Of a stretch of DNA of 64,000 bases, positions 34,743 through 50,747 are shown piece after piece (the stretch's first letter is position 1; each line of letters opens with the position of its first letter). The notes beneath the pieces were generated by a model. That model ran no database searches. It was not told the origin of the DNA and saw only the letters and a program-made list of their open reading frames with translations. The position numbers were made by a program, and so were the translations under genes. Source of the DNA: Piromyces finnis finn (Eukaryota > Fungi > Neocallimastigomycota); contig MCFH01000004.1 of assembly GCA_002104945.1 (NCBI GenBank), positions 682,001-746,000 on the forward strand. Reading direction: 5' to 3'.

Positions 34743-35529
34743 AAAGTATTATCATTCTTTCTTTTTTCTTTTAATTCTTTTTTTTTTTTTTTCTTTTTAT
34801 TTTCATCAGTATAAACTTAAAAATTAATCAATATTTATAAATTTTTTTTTTTTATTATTATTATATAATAATATATAATCATTATATAATAAATTGTAAT
34901 ATCATTACAAACTATTTTCATAATTTCTATGAAATAATCTTTAAAAATTTATTAAGAAGAATAAAATAATAATAATAATAATAATATATAAAAAGTATTA
35001 TTATAAATTTTAAATTTTATATATATTTATATACATATTCCATGCTTTTTTTTTTTTTTTTTTTTTTATAATAATAGTAATAATTAAAGAAAGTAGGGAA
35101 AGAAAAAAAAAAAAAAAGTATAAAAAATAAACTTACGACAGAAAAATAATAATTGCCATCAGATAAATTTTGTAATTCACCATTATAAACTACACTCATA
35201 TATATCATATATATATTATAATTAAGCATTTGATTTGATTTATATTATAATTATTTTATTTATAATTTATTTCAATTAAATAATTTAACCATTGATAATA
35301 ATTATAAAATTATATTCCTAATTGCTCTTTTTTTGTAATATTATATATAATGATTTAATGTATTATAAAAAAAAAAAAGGTATATTGACATTTCGATAGA
35401 GATTTTTTTTTTTTTTTTCATTCTTTTTTTTTTTCATTTTCTTTGTTAATATATATTAACATTTTTTATTCCAGTCAAAAATGTTATTATATTTTTATAT
35501 TCATAAATTTTCAAAAAGAATAGAAAAGC

Positions 35530-36039
35530 TTATTGTTCTCTCCATTGGAATCCACACTCCGTACACTATTGATATCATTAAGGATTTATATATATTAAAT
35601 AGTTTTAATAATAGTAATAAAATGTGAAAATTATTATTTGATTTATCTAATAAATGAATCAAAATATATATATATGTATAATGTGTATACCTTGTAGAAA
35701 ATAGTCATTGGTTCATCAGCAGAACGAGTTTGAATTTGCATAAAGAATGCCTTACCATTTTCACACTTTGGACAAGTAGCTAATATGATGACAAAAAAAA
35801 AAAAAGGAAAATAATGAAAGGTTATAAGTATTATTATGGTTTATTATTTGTTTGTGTTTGCATTAATTTATAACTTATTTTTATAATTTTGTTTTAAAAT
35901 ATGGAAAATAAAATTTCTTTTCTTTATATACCTTCAGTACTATCAACATTTTCCCAGGCTTTAGCACCACCCAATACATCATCAACTTCCTTTCTTTTGA
36001 ATTGGGTAACTTGTGTTTGCTTTATATTTATTTATTTAT

Positions 36040-36081
<42 letters not shown>

Positions 36082-36257
36082 GAGTAAAATTAATATATTT
36101 TCTTAATAGTTATTAAATAGATTAGCAATCCATAATTAATAACAACAATATCAAATTTTAGATATTTTCTTTAAAAATCAATTTGAAATTTGAATTTAGC
36201 AATTTAAATTTTAAAATCTTTTTGAAATTTCTTTTTATATACTTGAAGTAAAATTAA

Positions 36258-36298
<41 letters not shown>

Positions 36299-36720
36299 TA
36301 TATATATATATATATTATAAAACTTTTAATATTTTTATCGTTAAAATTTTGAAATATGTGATTTGACTGGAAATTTCATTAGTTTTGAATTGTGTTGCTT
36401 TATTAATAATACTGAATGAATAGATACAAAATACAGTAAAGAACAGTAATGTCTTATGTAGTTTCTCATTTATTAAATTATTCATAATTTTCTTTTCTTT
36501 TATTCTTTTTTTATTTGTTTTTTTTTAAATGTCAAATGTTCATAATAAACATTTCTTTGAATTATAAACAAAATGAAAACTATATTGTATTAAATTAGAT
36601 ATTTACAGGTCGTATAATTGGGAATACATATGGACATGTTTGACAATAAAATTCTTGTATTCCTTGAAGATTTAATTGTAACAGTAACATGTTACCACAA
36701 GAAGGGCAGAACCATGACAT
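35530..36720 (-). CDS. RPC11: RNA polymerase III subunit C11 (RPC10/POLR3K)
   Basis: Four exons splice to MSWFCPSCGNMLLLQ...FYCQTCPYVFPI...FKRKEVDDVLGGAKAWENVDSTEATCPKCENGKAFFMQIQTRSADEPMTIFYKCTECGFQWREQ. Two Zn ribbons and the TFIIS-like QTRSADEPMT motif. Confidence 0.97.
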
Positions 36721-39700
36721 TTTTATATTATTATATATTTATTAAATAATATGAATTTTTATGAAAATGTTTATTTTTTTTAAAAAAAAAAAAAAAAAAA
36801 GAATATATATAGTTATATTTTAATTAAATATTTAAATATTAAAAAATATTAAAAAATAAAATAAAATAAAATAAAATAAAATTGAAAATAAATGATTTCA
36901 CTTTTATTCTATCAAGAAATCAATCTTTTCAACTTTCAATTAATTGTTAATGAAAAAATATATTAAAAAAAATAAAAATAAAAAAAAAAAAAAAAAGAAA
37001 TATTATTTATTTTTTTCCAATCATATTAAAAATATTTTTAAAAAAATTAATTATAATTAAAATTAAGTATAATTAAAATAAAAAAATGTGGTATCACATA
37101 AAATCACTACAATATCATGTGAAATTCAAATGTTATTTAAAAAAGTAGACTTTAAAAGTAATATAAAAAATAAATATCCACAGGATAGGTTTAGTTTAAA
37201 ATTAAATATATACGATATAAACTATAATTAATTTGAATAATATTACTATTTTATAATTACTACATATATTCATTAATATCTATTAAAAATGAAATGATAC
37301 TAAAAATCTATTTACACTTTATAATATGTATATTATTGAATATTATAATATTAGAGTTTTATATAAAAAGTTTTTTTTTTTTTAATATATATAATGGTGT
37401 ATAATTTTAAAAATACTTTGGTTAAATCAAGCTTTATTTTTGGTAGTTTTATACTATTATTCAATAAAACGACAACAATTAATATTATCAATAAAAACTC
37501 ATAAAATATATTTTAAAAGTTAAAATCTTAAAATAATATATAAATTTGAAAATATCTTTTTTTTAATCCTAAAAATTATAATTACTTCTTTTACCTAAAG
37601 AAATAAATAATAATTACTTTTTGATGACATTATATTTTTCATCAAAAAATAGCGTTTATGCTAATCTCCATTTCAACGAGAAAGGCAAAAAAAATATATA
37701 ATTTCAAATAAAAATAAGAATTATTTTAAAATTTAAAGAATAATTATAATATTAAAAGAAAAAAACAAAAGTAATTAGTTTTCATTTTCTAAATTAATAC
37801 CCAATTTTATATTTAAAATGAATTATTTAATTAGTAATTAAATATGAAAAAAGTTTTTTTTTATCCAAATTTTGAGAAAAGCTGAAACATTCAATAAAAA
37901 AATAAAATTTTAATTATATACAAATAGTAGTAATAGTGCTTTTTTTTTTTTTTTTTTTTATAAAAAAAAGTGAACTTAATGCATATATGATTTTAATGCA
38001 TTTAATTTAATTTAAACTATAGATTTTTCCTTATTAATGTCATATATTTTTTATTTTTATAATAATGTGTTAACTATTAGATTTGCTAATGAATCTTTTT
38101 TCTTTTTCACTCTGTAAATTAAATTGTAGAAGTAACAATCCACAGAAAGTTCATGGAAGAATGAAAGGTTTTTATATATATATTTTATGTTCATTAACAA
38201 ATAATAATGGTATTAATTACAAAGAATGAAATTAATATTGAATTTATACTGAAAAAAATTTTAATTTCTAATTTTTTAAAAAAAAAATAATCTTAAATAA
38301 AAAAAATAAGTTATAAGTTTAAAATAATAATAAAATATAACAATAATTACAATGAAAATTCTTAAAACATTATAGTAATAATTTATTTTTTCTTATAAAG
38401 ACAAAAAACACATATTATATTTTATTTAAATGATTCATATAAATTATAAAAAAAATATGATTAATAAATTAATTTTTTTTTAAAAAAAAAAAACATTTTT
38501 AATATATTATTAATTAAAAAAAAGAAAAGAAAAATGGTATATTAAAATTAAAATATAATATTATTAAACATTGAAATATGATGGTATTATTATATGATTT
38601 TAAAGATATTATTTTCCAATTATAATAAAACAGGAAAAAAAAAAAAAAAAAAAAAAAGATTTTTACTTCATTCAAAAATTAACAAATAAAATTAAAATTT
38701 GCTATAATAATAATAAAATTCGATTTTTTAGTTTTTTAATTTATAATATTTACTATCATTAGTAAATAATAAAATGTACTTTAAATTCTTAAAAGTTTAT
38801 AATAATAATAATAAATTCATTCCGTTTTTTCTTTTTCCTTTTATTTTTACTTTCAACAATAAATAATAATTTTTTAGATATTTAAAATTAAAATTAAAAT
38901 TAAAAATTAGTATAAATAAAATTATTTTAATTAAAAAAAATCTTTAATAAAATATATTAAATTTATTTATTATATATAATAAAAAAGTAAAAAATATATT
39001 AAATTTTTTGTGTTTTGTTTAAAAAAAAATTAAATAAAAAATTTAAAAAAACAAATAATTTTAATTATAATTAAAGGAAAAAAAAGAAAAAAAAGTTTGT
39101 TACATATATGAATAAAAAATAAAAAACTCTTTATATTTATTTTAATAAAAAAAAGTCACAAAAAATTGACAAATATCATATTAATATAATACTGATATTT
39201 GTTATATTAATAGTATATACCTTTATTAATTCAAAACGTCAAGAGTTAATTTAAAATTACAATTATATTTCACCAATTAAAGATACCATAATTGAATTTT
39301 TATTTTTTATAATTACCATTTACTTTTTTTTCTTTTAATTTTTGAATACGTATATTAAAGAAATTGAAAAAAGTTTTGGAAAACTGAACATACCAATTAT
39401 ATAATATAATGAGTAATGTCAAAAATCAAATATTATAATATTTTATTTCGTATTATATATATAAAGAAAGTTCTTTTATTACATATAAAAATAAATATAA
39501 AGGAAGAAAGAGGATTATTAAGCAGCAACTATATAACTATATAAAATAAGAGATTACATAATTCGTATTATGTTAAAGTCAACAAAATATAAAAAGAAAA
39601 ATTTATATAAAAAAAACATACATATATTATTTAATATTTCTATGCATTTCAGAAATCAATCTCTATTTATTCAATAATTATTATATTAAATAAAACTAAA

Positions 39701-39961
39701 TAAACTAGTCACATAATATATCATTAATTATTATAAACCAAAAAAATAAATACAACGAATTTAATGATAAAATTAAAAAAAAAAAAGAATTTATATTTTT
39801 TTTATTATTACTCTTTTACCTTTATACTAAATAATATACTTTTTATATTAATAATTTTTTTTGTGTATATATATAATATGTTTTATTTGATGTATATACA
39901 ATCTTTTGAAAATATAAAATCATCAATAATAACATAATTCAATGAATTAAATACTAAAAAG

Positions 39962-41957
39962 GTACAAAAAATATTAGATCTAATTGGTTTGCAAATTTAA
40001 TACCTAGATTGAGAAAAGAATCGAAATCAAATAATAGTAATATCAACAATAACAATAATAATGCCAATAATAATCGTATCAATGATAAATTTTCGTACCC
40101 AAAAGATTGTCTAACAAATGATGGTAGTATTTCCCCAAAGAAAACTGAGAAGAAATTTATTCCAAATTACTTTTCAAATTCCGCAAAAAATCAGCGTTAT
40201 ATAAGTAGTACCAATGGTAGTGGTATATTAGCCATTAAAGGAATGGATGATGATAATAGTAAAAATATGTTTGCTATATCACCATCTAATTCATTAGATA
40301 ATACAGATTTTAGATTAAAATCTGATTATACCTTGATTCAAGAAGAAGATTATAACATGAGTACATCATCTAATATTTTTTATTATTTATATATATATAT
40401 ATTCTTTTTTTTTTTCTTTCTTTCTTTCTCACATATTCTAATGTTATCAAATATTTATTAATATTGAAAATTATGTTTAATTTAATAAAATCAATATATC
40501 AATTCACCGCAATCCAATTTTATATTGATTTTAATGTATACTATTTATTACCCTTTTTTTTCAACGTTTACTAAAATAAGATGAGAATTTTTCTGATATT
40601 GAAGATATATATCAAGAATATTCAGGATCTTCTATTATGCAAGTATCATCATCAATAAATCTTCATCAAACCTCATCTTCAACAATATCTCAATTATCTA
40701 CCCTTTCTTCCATGTCTGTATCTTATAATCCAAATAAAAAAGATATATCTGAATCATCTTCACTTTCAAATATGCAATCTAGTAATTCAATTTCAGAATC
40801 TGGAATTGCATCATTTTCATCTATTACTAATGAAATTGCAAACAAGGTTAATTTAAATAGTATTGATGAAAAGATAAATAAATTAGATGCATCATCATCA
40901 TCAGATACCGAATACTCCAGTAATAGTATAATCAATGATTTTGAAATTAAAAAGGAACCATTAATCACTCATAAAATAAATGATAAGAAGACAAAAAATT
41001 CAATTAATGTTTTATCTCGTTTTAATCCAAGTAAAAATAAAAAAAAGAATCAAAATCAAAATCAAAATAAAATTAAATCAAAAGTTAGTTATTTTTTTAT
41101 TTTATTTTATTATTATTGCTAAAAAAAATTTGATAAAACCAAAATATTAATTTCATACTCATTTTTTTATTAAAAAATTAGGTAAAATCTAAATCAAAAA
41201 ATGATAATAGTTTAAGATCACTAACTATGAATCTTAAATCATATAATTCTAATCAAAACTTATCTTCAAGTACTTTAAATGCTGCATCAATATATGGTTC
41301 TGTAAGTTTTGTTCCCATATAAAATAATAATATTTATAATACAAACTAATATTATTTATGATAATCTTTTTATATCTTTTTATAAAACTATACCGGAAAT
41401 TATCAGGATAAAAACATTAATAATAATAATATTAATCAATATTATTCTAATTCCAATATTAAAAATTCAACAAAGAAAAGTGATATTATGAGAAATGCAT
41501 CTAAAAAACCATATAAAAATTTGAAAGATTATAAACCCAATTTTGAATTTAATAATAAAAGTTATTATCATTTACAAGATATGAAAGAAAAATACAATGA
41601 ATCTTTTAATAAAGTTTCTCATGAAAATCTAAAGGCAGCAAGTAATAATAGCAATAAAAATTATTCATATAATAAATCAAAGCGTGTGGATGAAGTCAAA
41701 AAAAGAAAATCATATTACAATATAGATAATAAAGGACATAATGTTGAGAAAATTCCAGTTCAAAAGACCTCGAGCAATAGCAATATAAACTCAAATGGAA
41801 TAAATATGAATAGTAATTTTCTTTATATAATAGATATTTAAATTGTAATTTTAAAAAAATAAATTCATTCGTGACTAATTATTTTAAATTATATAAAAAT
41901 GGTTATACTTATATTTAAAATATAATAGAATATAATAATAAAAACAAAATTAATAAC

Positions 41958-42040
<83 letters not shown>

Positions 42041-44530
42041 CAATAGTAATACCAATAAAATTATTATTAATAACAACAATAATAACAGCAATAATAATAG
42101 CAATAGCAACAATAATAATATTAAAAATAATAATAGTAATAACAACAGTAGCTGTAATAATGAAATCAATAATAACTATTTCCAAAATTATTCATTGAGA
42201 CCTCCGGCTGCATCATTCCAAAAATATAGATCACATAGTAACGATTTTATGGATAGAGCAAAAAAGATCCCATATAATCATAAATATTTGATGAATAAAA
42301 GTAGTATGCAAAATTTCAACATTGAAAGTTATTATAACATTGTTAAAAACAGTAATATGAATACTTATAAAAATAAACCTAAAATGTTTAATTCAAAATA
42401 TCAATATAATGAACAAGATAATTTAAATAGTAATTCTACTTCATCTTCTACATTAGTTAATGCCACTACATCTTTAAGTATATCACCAAAAGTATCAACA
42501 TCCTCTTTTGACTCAAATTCTTCAAATAATACCTATAATCATTACTATGAAGAATTAAATAAGAAGAATTTTAATAAATTCAATGAACTTAAACAACAAC
42601 AGGAACAAAAACAAGAACAAGAAAAAATAAATTCAGAAGAAGAAGAAAGAAGTCGTCGTCAAAAAGAAATTCAAGCATTAATGAGTGGAAAAGTAAATCT
42701 ATCTAAATACTTTAATAAACACTATATTATTGGTGATCTTTTAGGGGATGGTGCCTTTGGATTTGTTTTAACAGCTATTCGTCTATCTGATTCCACTGAA
42801 GTAATTAAAATATTTTAAAAATAAATAATACTTCGTATTATAATGTTTTATAATCAATATAGTTATTGATTAATTAAATCTTATGATTAATATATATATT
42901 TATTTAAAAATAGGTCGCTATTAAATTTATAAATAAAACAAAAATTCCAGAAGATTCATGGATTGAAGATCCACAAATCGGAAGAGTACCACAAGAAATT
43001 TCTATACTAAACAGAATTAATCATCCAAATATTATCAATTTCATAGAATATATTAATGAAGAGGATTATATATTACTTGTAACAGAACTTCACGGTACTG
43101 AATGGGATGCCTCAAATCCGCTTTTAAATCCAATAAAAAATTCAGGTTTAAGATTAGCTAAGCAACAAAAAATAGAAGAAAGAGTAATACGTAAGAGAAC
43201 TTCATGTGATTTATTTGAATGTATTGGTATGTCATTTATATATATATTTAATATCATAATATATAATATATAATTGTGTATTAAATTTAATTTTTTAAAA
43301 AAAAATGAATATCATTTTAATCACTTTTAACTTTCATTATGCTATTTATATATTATTATAAACTATTGATTTGATTATTAATTATACAGATGCACGTAAG
43401 TATTATTTAATATTTTATTTAAGAATAATATATAATTATAATTATTAATATATACTAATATAATAATATTAATTATATCAATAGATACAAAAATGGCCAA
43501 AGCAACTACTCAAAAAATATTTGCCCAAATTGTATTAGCAATTTATTATTTGCATAGTTTAAATATTGTTCATCGTGATCTTAAAGATGAAGTAAATTTT
43601 AATAATTTTTTTTTTTTTTTTAAATTACCTAAAACAAACTTTTATTTTATGCGAAAATGAATAAAATTAACTAAATAATTATATATATATATGATTTGGT
43701 TTTTTTTTTAATAATTAAATTTAATATGTGATTAGAATATTGTTATTGACGAAAACTATCATGTAAAATTAATTGATTTTGGATCTGCATCTTATATACC
43801 AAAACGTCCAGAAAATTACTTTACAAGATTTAATGGAACTACTCATTTTGCATCACCAGAAATTGTTAAAAAGAAGGCCTATCGTGGACCAGAAGCTGAA
43901 ATATGGTAAATTAAGAATATTATTACTATTTTTTTTTATCATCATATTATCCATTTATCATAATATTAAATAAATTAAATGTAATAATAAGGAATTTTAA
44001 ACTTTATATTTCTTTTATATATTTTATAAATTTTCAATAGGTCCTTAGGTGTATTATTATTTACAATTGTATTTGGTGAAAATCCATTCCAAAATAAAGA
44101 TGAAATTATGGAAGGAAAATATATGTTCCCATCAAAAATAGATCCAGGTAAATTAAATAGAGCATTTTAATTATTTATTAATTTAAATTGTCTATAATTT
44201 CCAAATAAAATAATACTCACTTTTTGTATTAATAAATTACTATAATATATACTATATTAAAAAGAATGTCGTGATTTAATAAAGAAGCTACTTACTTATG
44301 AAGAAGATGAAAGAATAACAATAGACGAGGTATTATATAAATTCTATAATAATCAATTAAAAAAAAATATCAAAAAAAAAATTCAAAAAAAAAAATTCAA
44401 AAAAAATTCCCTTAAAGGTTTTAACTTAATCTTTTATAATTAAAATAATATAATATAGGTTGTTAAGCATCCATTTGTCAGAGATGAAATAAAGCGATTA
44501 CAAATAACATATGCCAATGGAAATTGGTGA
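39962..44530 (+). CDS. Ser/Thr protein kinase, CAMK group, PASK-like, with long low-complexity N-terminus (5' end uncertain)
   Basis: Spliced catalytic domain: LLGDGAFGFV, VAIKFI, VPQEISILNRINHPNII, DLFECID, IVHRDLKDENIVID, KLIDFGSA, FNGTTHFASPEI, EAEIWSLGVLL, GENPF. Upstream exons are N/S-rich. Candidate start is ATG 39409 followed by an intron 39413-39961 (unverified). Confidence 0.9.
41957..42040 (+). repeat. (AAT)n trinucleotide tract encoding poly-Asn in the kinase
   Basis: Pure AAT run in the frame that continues into the ORF 42195-42818. Confidence 0.85.
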
Positions 44531-45473
44531 TTTTAAACAATTTAATATTATGCATTTATTATATTCAGAAAAAGAAAGAAAGGGAAAAAAAATATTTTAC
44601 TGTAAATAATCTTTTTTTTTTTTTTTTTCCCTTTTATTGTATATTTATTGAAAACATATGTGTATATAATTAAGTTATTTATTTAAACTGAAAAAAAGAA
44701 TAATTGTAAATAAATTTTTTTTCAAAATGTTAAAAATTATAATATTATTTTAAAAGAATATATATTTTTTAAAACTCTAGTATGTGTTAAGTATAATTAA
44801 TCTATGGATATTTGTTCGTTTTTTTTTTTTTTTTTTATTAATAAAAATAAATAGTTTATTCTAAACCAAAATGATTTTCATCTTATCATTAATTTAATAT
44901 TAATGAGTTCAATTGATTTCTTTAACCTAAACTCAGAAAAACATTTATAGGTATTTATTTTAACTTGATCTCTCCATAACGAACTTTTTTTATAAAGAAA
45001 ATATTATAATAAATCATTAACCATTATAATATATGTACAAATATTTGAATTATTTATTGATTCTATATGTATATGAAAAATAAAAAAGGATAAAACAAAT
45101 CTATAATATTTTTTTATATATAGATATTGAATTTTATGGTATAAATTGGTTTAAAAAAAAAAAAATAAAATAAAATAATAACAATTTTTTTTAATTATTT
45201 AAAAAATAATATCAAAAATTAACTATTATTGTTATGTAAACGTTTTAGTTGGTTATTAGATTTTTTTTTTTTATTTTTATATTTATTTTAATTTACTTTA
45301 TATATATATATATATAATGATCTTTTTATTGTTATTATTTTTATTATTATTATTATTATTTTGTATATCTTTTATATTTACTTTTTTTTTTATTAATATT
45401 ATGATGCTGTTACTAAATTAAATTACATATTGATTGTTAGAAAAATATTGATATTAAATAAATAGTTGGAAGC

Positions 45474-47066
<1,593 letters not shown>

Positions 47067-49638
47067 TTTGAATATATTAAAAACAGCTTATTTTTTGTAA
47101 CTTCTGTTTTGCTTTATATTTTTTTTAAAAAATTATAGTTTTTCTTTATAAATATTTAAAAAAGCGAATATATTATAAATAATTATAAAAAAAACATTAT
47201 TATTAGTATCCGATTTATTTAATATCTAAATATATATGAAATAATTTTTGTGTATTAGAATAATTAAGTATTATATGTTTTTAATATATTTTTATTAATA
47301 AAAACACTTTTTCCGATAATACAATTATGAATTAATGGCTTTTTAACTTTGTAGTATAATATTATTTATTTTTTTCTTTTAATAATTATATTCTCTTTTA
47401 ATATCAACTATTTTAATATTAATTATTTGTTAATAAATTAAAATGACTTTATTATTTAATACTAGAATATTGCATATTATTGTTTTAATTGTTTACTACA
47501 AAAATTAAAATATCCTCTTTAATAATATCCCTAATTCAAACCTATTTTTATTTATAATTTATAATATGTTTTATTATTTTATTTAAATTGAATAATTTAA
47601 AAGCTTGAATTAGATTAGAATTAAATTTCTTTTTTGAAATTTTATGTTTATCCTTTTTTTTTTAATATTTTTACTATATCTAATAAAAAAGACATATGTA
47701 AAAAATATTATTCCATTTTTATTTTAATTTTTATAAATTTATTTGCTTTTTATCAATAAAAATACATTGTAAATTTTTACTTCTTTTCATTTGTGAATTA
47801 TAAAAAATATTATTGATAACTAAATCATGATTTTTATTTATTTTATTTAATAACGTTTTTATTTGCCTTTTTTCTATTTTCTTATCATAAATAGAGTTAA
47901 ATATTATAAAATTATTTTTAAAATGGGTTGATTATTACTTTGATTATTATAAGATGAATGATCAATTTTAATATTATATATAAAATATATAATATATTTT
48001 TTTAAAAAAAAAAAAAAAAAAAGAAGTTAAAAAAAATTTAATAAATAAAAATTAGGATTAAAATTTTAATATAATTATAAATAAAACAAAAAAAAAAAAA
48101 CATAAATTTTTTTGTTAATTACATATATAATAATAAATTTTAATAATTTAGTAATTTATTAGTAATTTAATTTTTATATATATAATTTTTAATATTTTAA
48201 ATATTTAATGTATTAATTATTAAATTTATTTTTTAAAAAATAATTAATTTAAACCTTCTGATATTTGTATAATAAACTTTTATAAAATAAAAAAATAAAT
48301 TAGTTATTATTATTACAATTAATGGTGGTGGTGGTGGTGGTATACTAAATGTTTTTTAAAGTATAAAAATAATAAAGTATAATTTGAGCTTAATATAAGG
48401 GCTAGAATAGCATTATTAATAAATATAACTAAAAATATATATACAATTCAATACTTTTTAGGTATTATTGTTTACCAAAAAAATATCTATTTTAATTATT
48501 TATTTAATGTATACATTTTATATATTAATGTAATATAAAAACATTAATATATCAATTGTTCTTTTTATTCTTAATTTTTTTTTTTCTATTACAATTAAAT
48601 GGGAATCTTTTGATGAAACATGTTTATATAATTATTTTATATTCTATTTATTTATCTTTTTAGTCATATAATGTCATTATAATTTCTATGCCCTATTATT
48701 CATATTTAGAACAAATTTTATACATAATTTATAATTATAAAATATTCAAGACTTTATATATTAGTAATATTAACAATATAATCAGTGGTATTAGAAATTT
48801 AATTAATAAAGCTTTCAACATTATATAAATATTTTATTCAATTTATTAATATTCAACAAATAAGCAGTTGAAGTATAGTAAAAAAAAAAAGGGGGGCATT
48901 TGTCCATTACTCAATATACAATTAATTATAAATATAATTTCAAAATAATTAAAAAAAGTAAGAGTTTTAATGTTAATAATAAATTAATGACAATATTTTC
49001 ACAATTAAAGAAATAAGCAAAAGAAACTAATAATGTATATTTGTTTGTAGAATATAATGTTATTTATTGTATTAAGGACTACACAATTAAATAATTATTG
49101 TTATATAAATATTATTAAAAATAACATTCATATTAATTTTTTTTAAAAAAAAAGAAAAAAAAAATCTTTATTTTCAGTGTAGAATAAAAAAATTCATTTT
49201 TTCCTTTCATTTTTATAATTTTGATTTCTATAATAATAAATAAAATATAAAAAAATTAAATCTTTTATTTATTTATTTATTTATTTTTATTATTATTGTT
49301 GTTATTTTTTTTTAAAAAAAACACTAGTTATTTATATATTTATATATATTTATATAAATGATATAACTCAAAAATAAAAAATTGATGGAATTTGGTATAT
49401 ATATAATGTTACATCTATTTTAACCTCCAAACGATATATATATAATAGAATTTTGTTATTGACGATATATATTATAGATTTTATAATAATAAAGCTATCA
49501 ATAAAAATTACTATTTTTTTTTCTCCCCCCCCCCAAAAAAAAAAAATATTTTATATAAATTATCGGCATTTTATATTTGATTTCTTATTATCTTAATAAA
49601 AGATTTATTATCAGTACTCATTATTTCTATATCGTATT

Positions 49639-49733
49639 TAAACCATCCCTAATCATTAATGAAATAATTACTATTTTAGAAATTTTTAAAAACCATCACT
49701 AATCATTAATGAAATAATTAGAAATTTTTAAAA
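49639..49733. repeat. Tandem duplication, about 50-nt unit, 2 copies
   Basis: AACCATCCCTAATCATTAATGAAATAATTA(CTATTTTA)GAAATTTTTAAA is followed by AACCATCACTAATCATTAATGAAATAATTAGAAATTTTTAAA: one substitution and one 8-nt deletion. Confidence 0.92.
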
Positions 49734-50747
49734 GCATAAATTTCAATATTGACAGAGATGCTATGTACTTAATAATTATTAACAGTTTTTATAATGAAAA
49801 GTAATATGACTTTTTTTTAATGATTATAATAAAAGGAAAAAATAATATTAATATATTCTGAATTTTATTTAGAAATATATTGTTTTGAATTAAAAATAGA
49901 TTTAAATATATATTATTTTATATTGAATATATGACTGTTTAATTAAAAATATATATTAATATATTATTTCTATGGTAAACATTTCTCTATATGAAAATTA
50001 ATATATTTTAATATATTAAAATTATGATCATAATTATAATCAAATATTATTTTTTTATTATATATAATATATATAGTATTTTTTATATAAAAAATATATA
50101 ATATTAAATTAAATAATATATATAGGATATAAAATCAAGCAAAAGTGTTTTAATTTTTTTTTTTTTCAAAATAGCTTTTTAGTATATAAATATATAAATA
50201 TAAAATTAACAATTTTCAAAAAAAAAAAAAAAAAAAAGAAAATTAAATATATATAAAAGAACATTACAAATAAAACTTTGTTAATTCAAAAGTATAAAGA
50301 AATAAAAAAAGAAAATAAAAAGAAAAAAATGCTTAATTAATTAATGAAACAACCATTAAATTCATTAATTAATAAGCTATTTTAATACCAAATTACACTT
50401 TATTATCACTACTATCTTTCATAATTTATTTCAATAACCAATTCAATTAAAATATAATCATTTTAGAATATTAATAATTATTATATAGAAAGTATAATTC
50501 AATTATTACTTTAGTATATAAAATATTTTACAATATTTTAAGATAGTATATATCTTTAATAAATATAATTGGTTAAATTATATATATTAAAAAGTGTATA
50601 TAAATAATTACAGTAAATTATAAAAATACAAACAATATTCAATTCAAAAAATAAATATATTTATATACAATTTAACATTTAGAAAAAAAATACTTGAATA
50701 AAAAATAATAATAAATAAATAAATAAATATAATTATTAAAAATAAAA

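Noticed and set aside
41889-42185. Poly-Ile and poly-Leu minus-strand ORFs (41889-42185, 41915-42169)
   Set aside because: Antisense of the kinase poly-Asn (AAT)n exon.
48323-48341. (GGT)6 tract and scattered polyA-polyG/polyC junctions (about 1310, 2090, 48890, 49525)
   Set aside because: Short simple repeats with no associated structure; too short to argue for a G-quadruplex or telomeric function.
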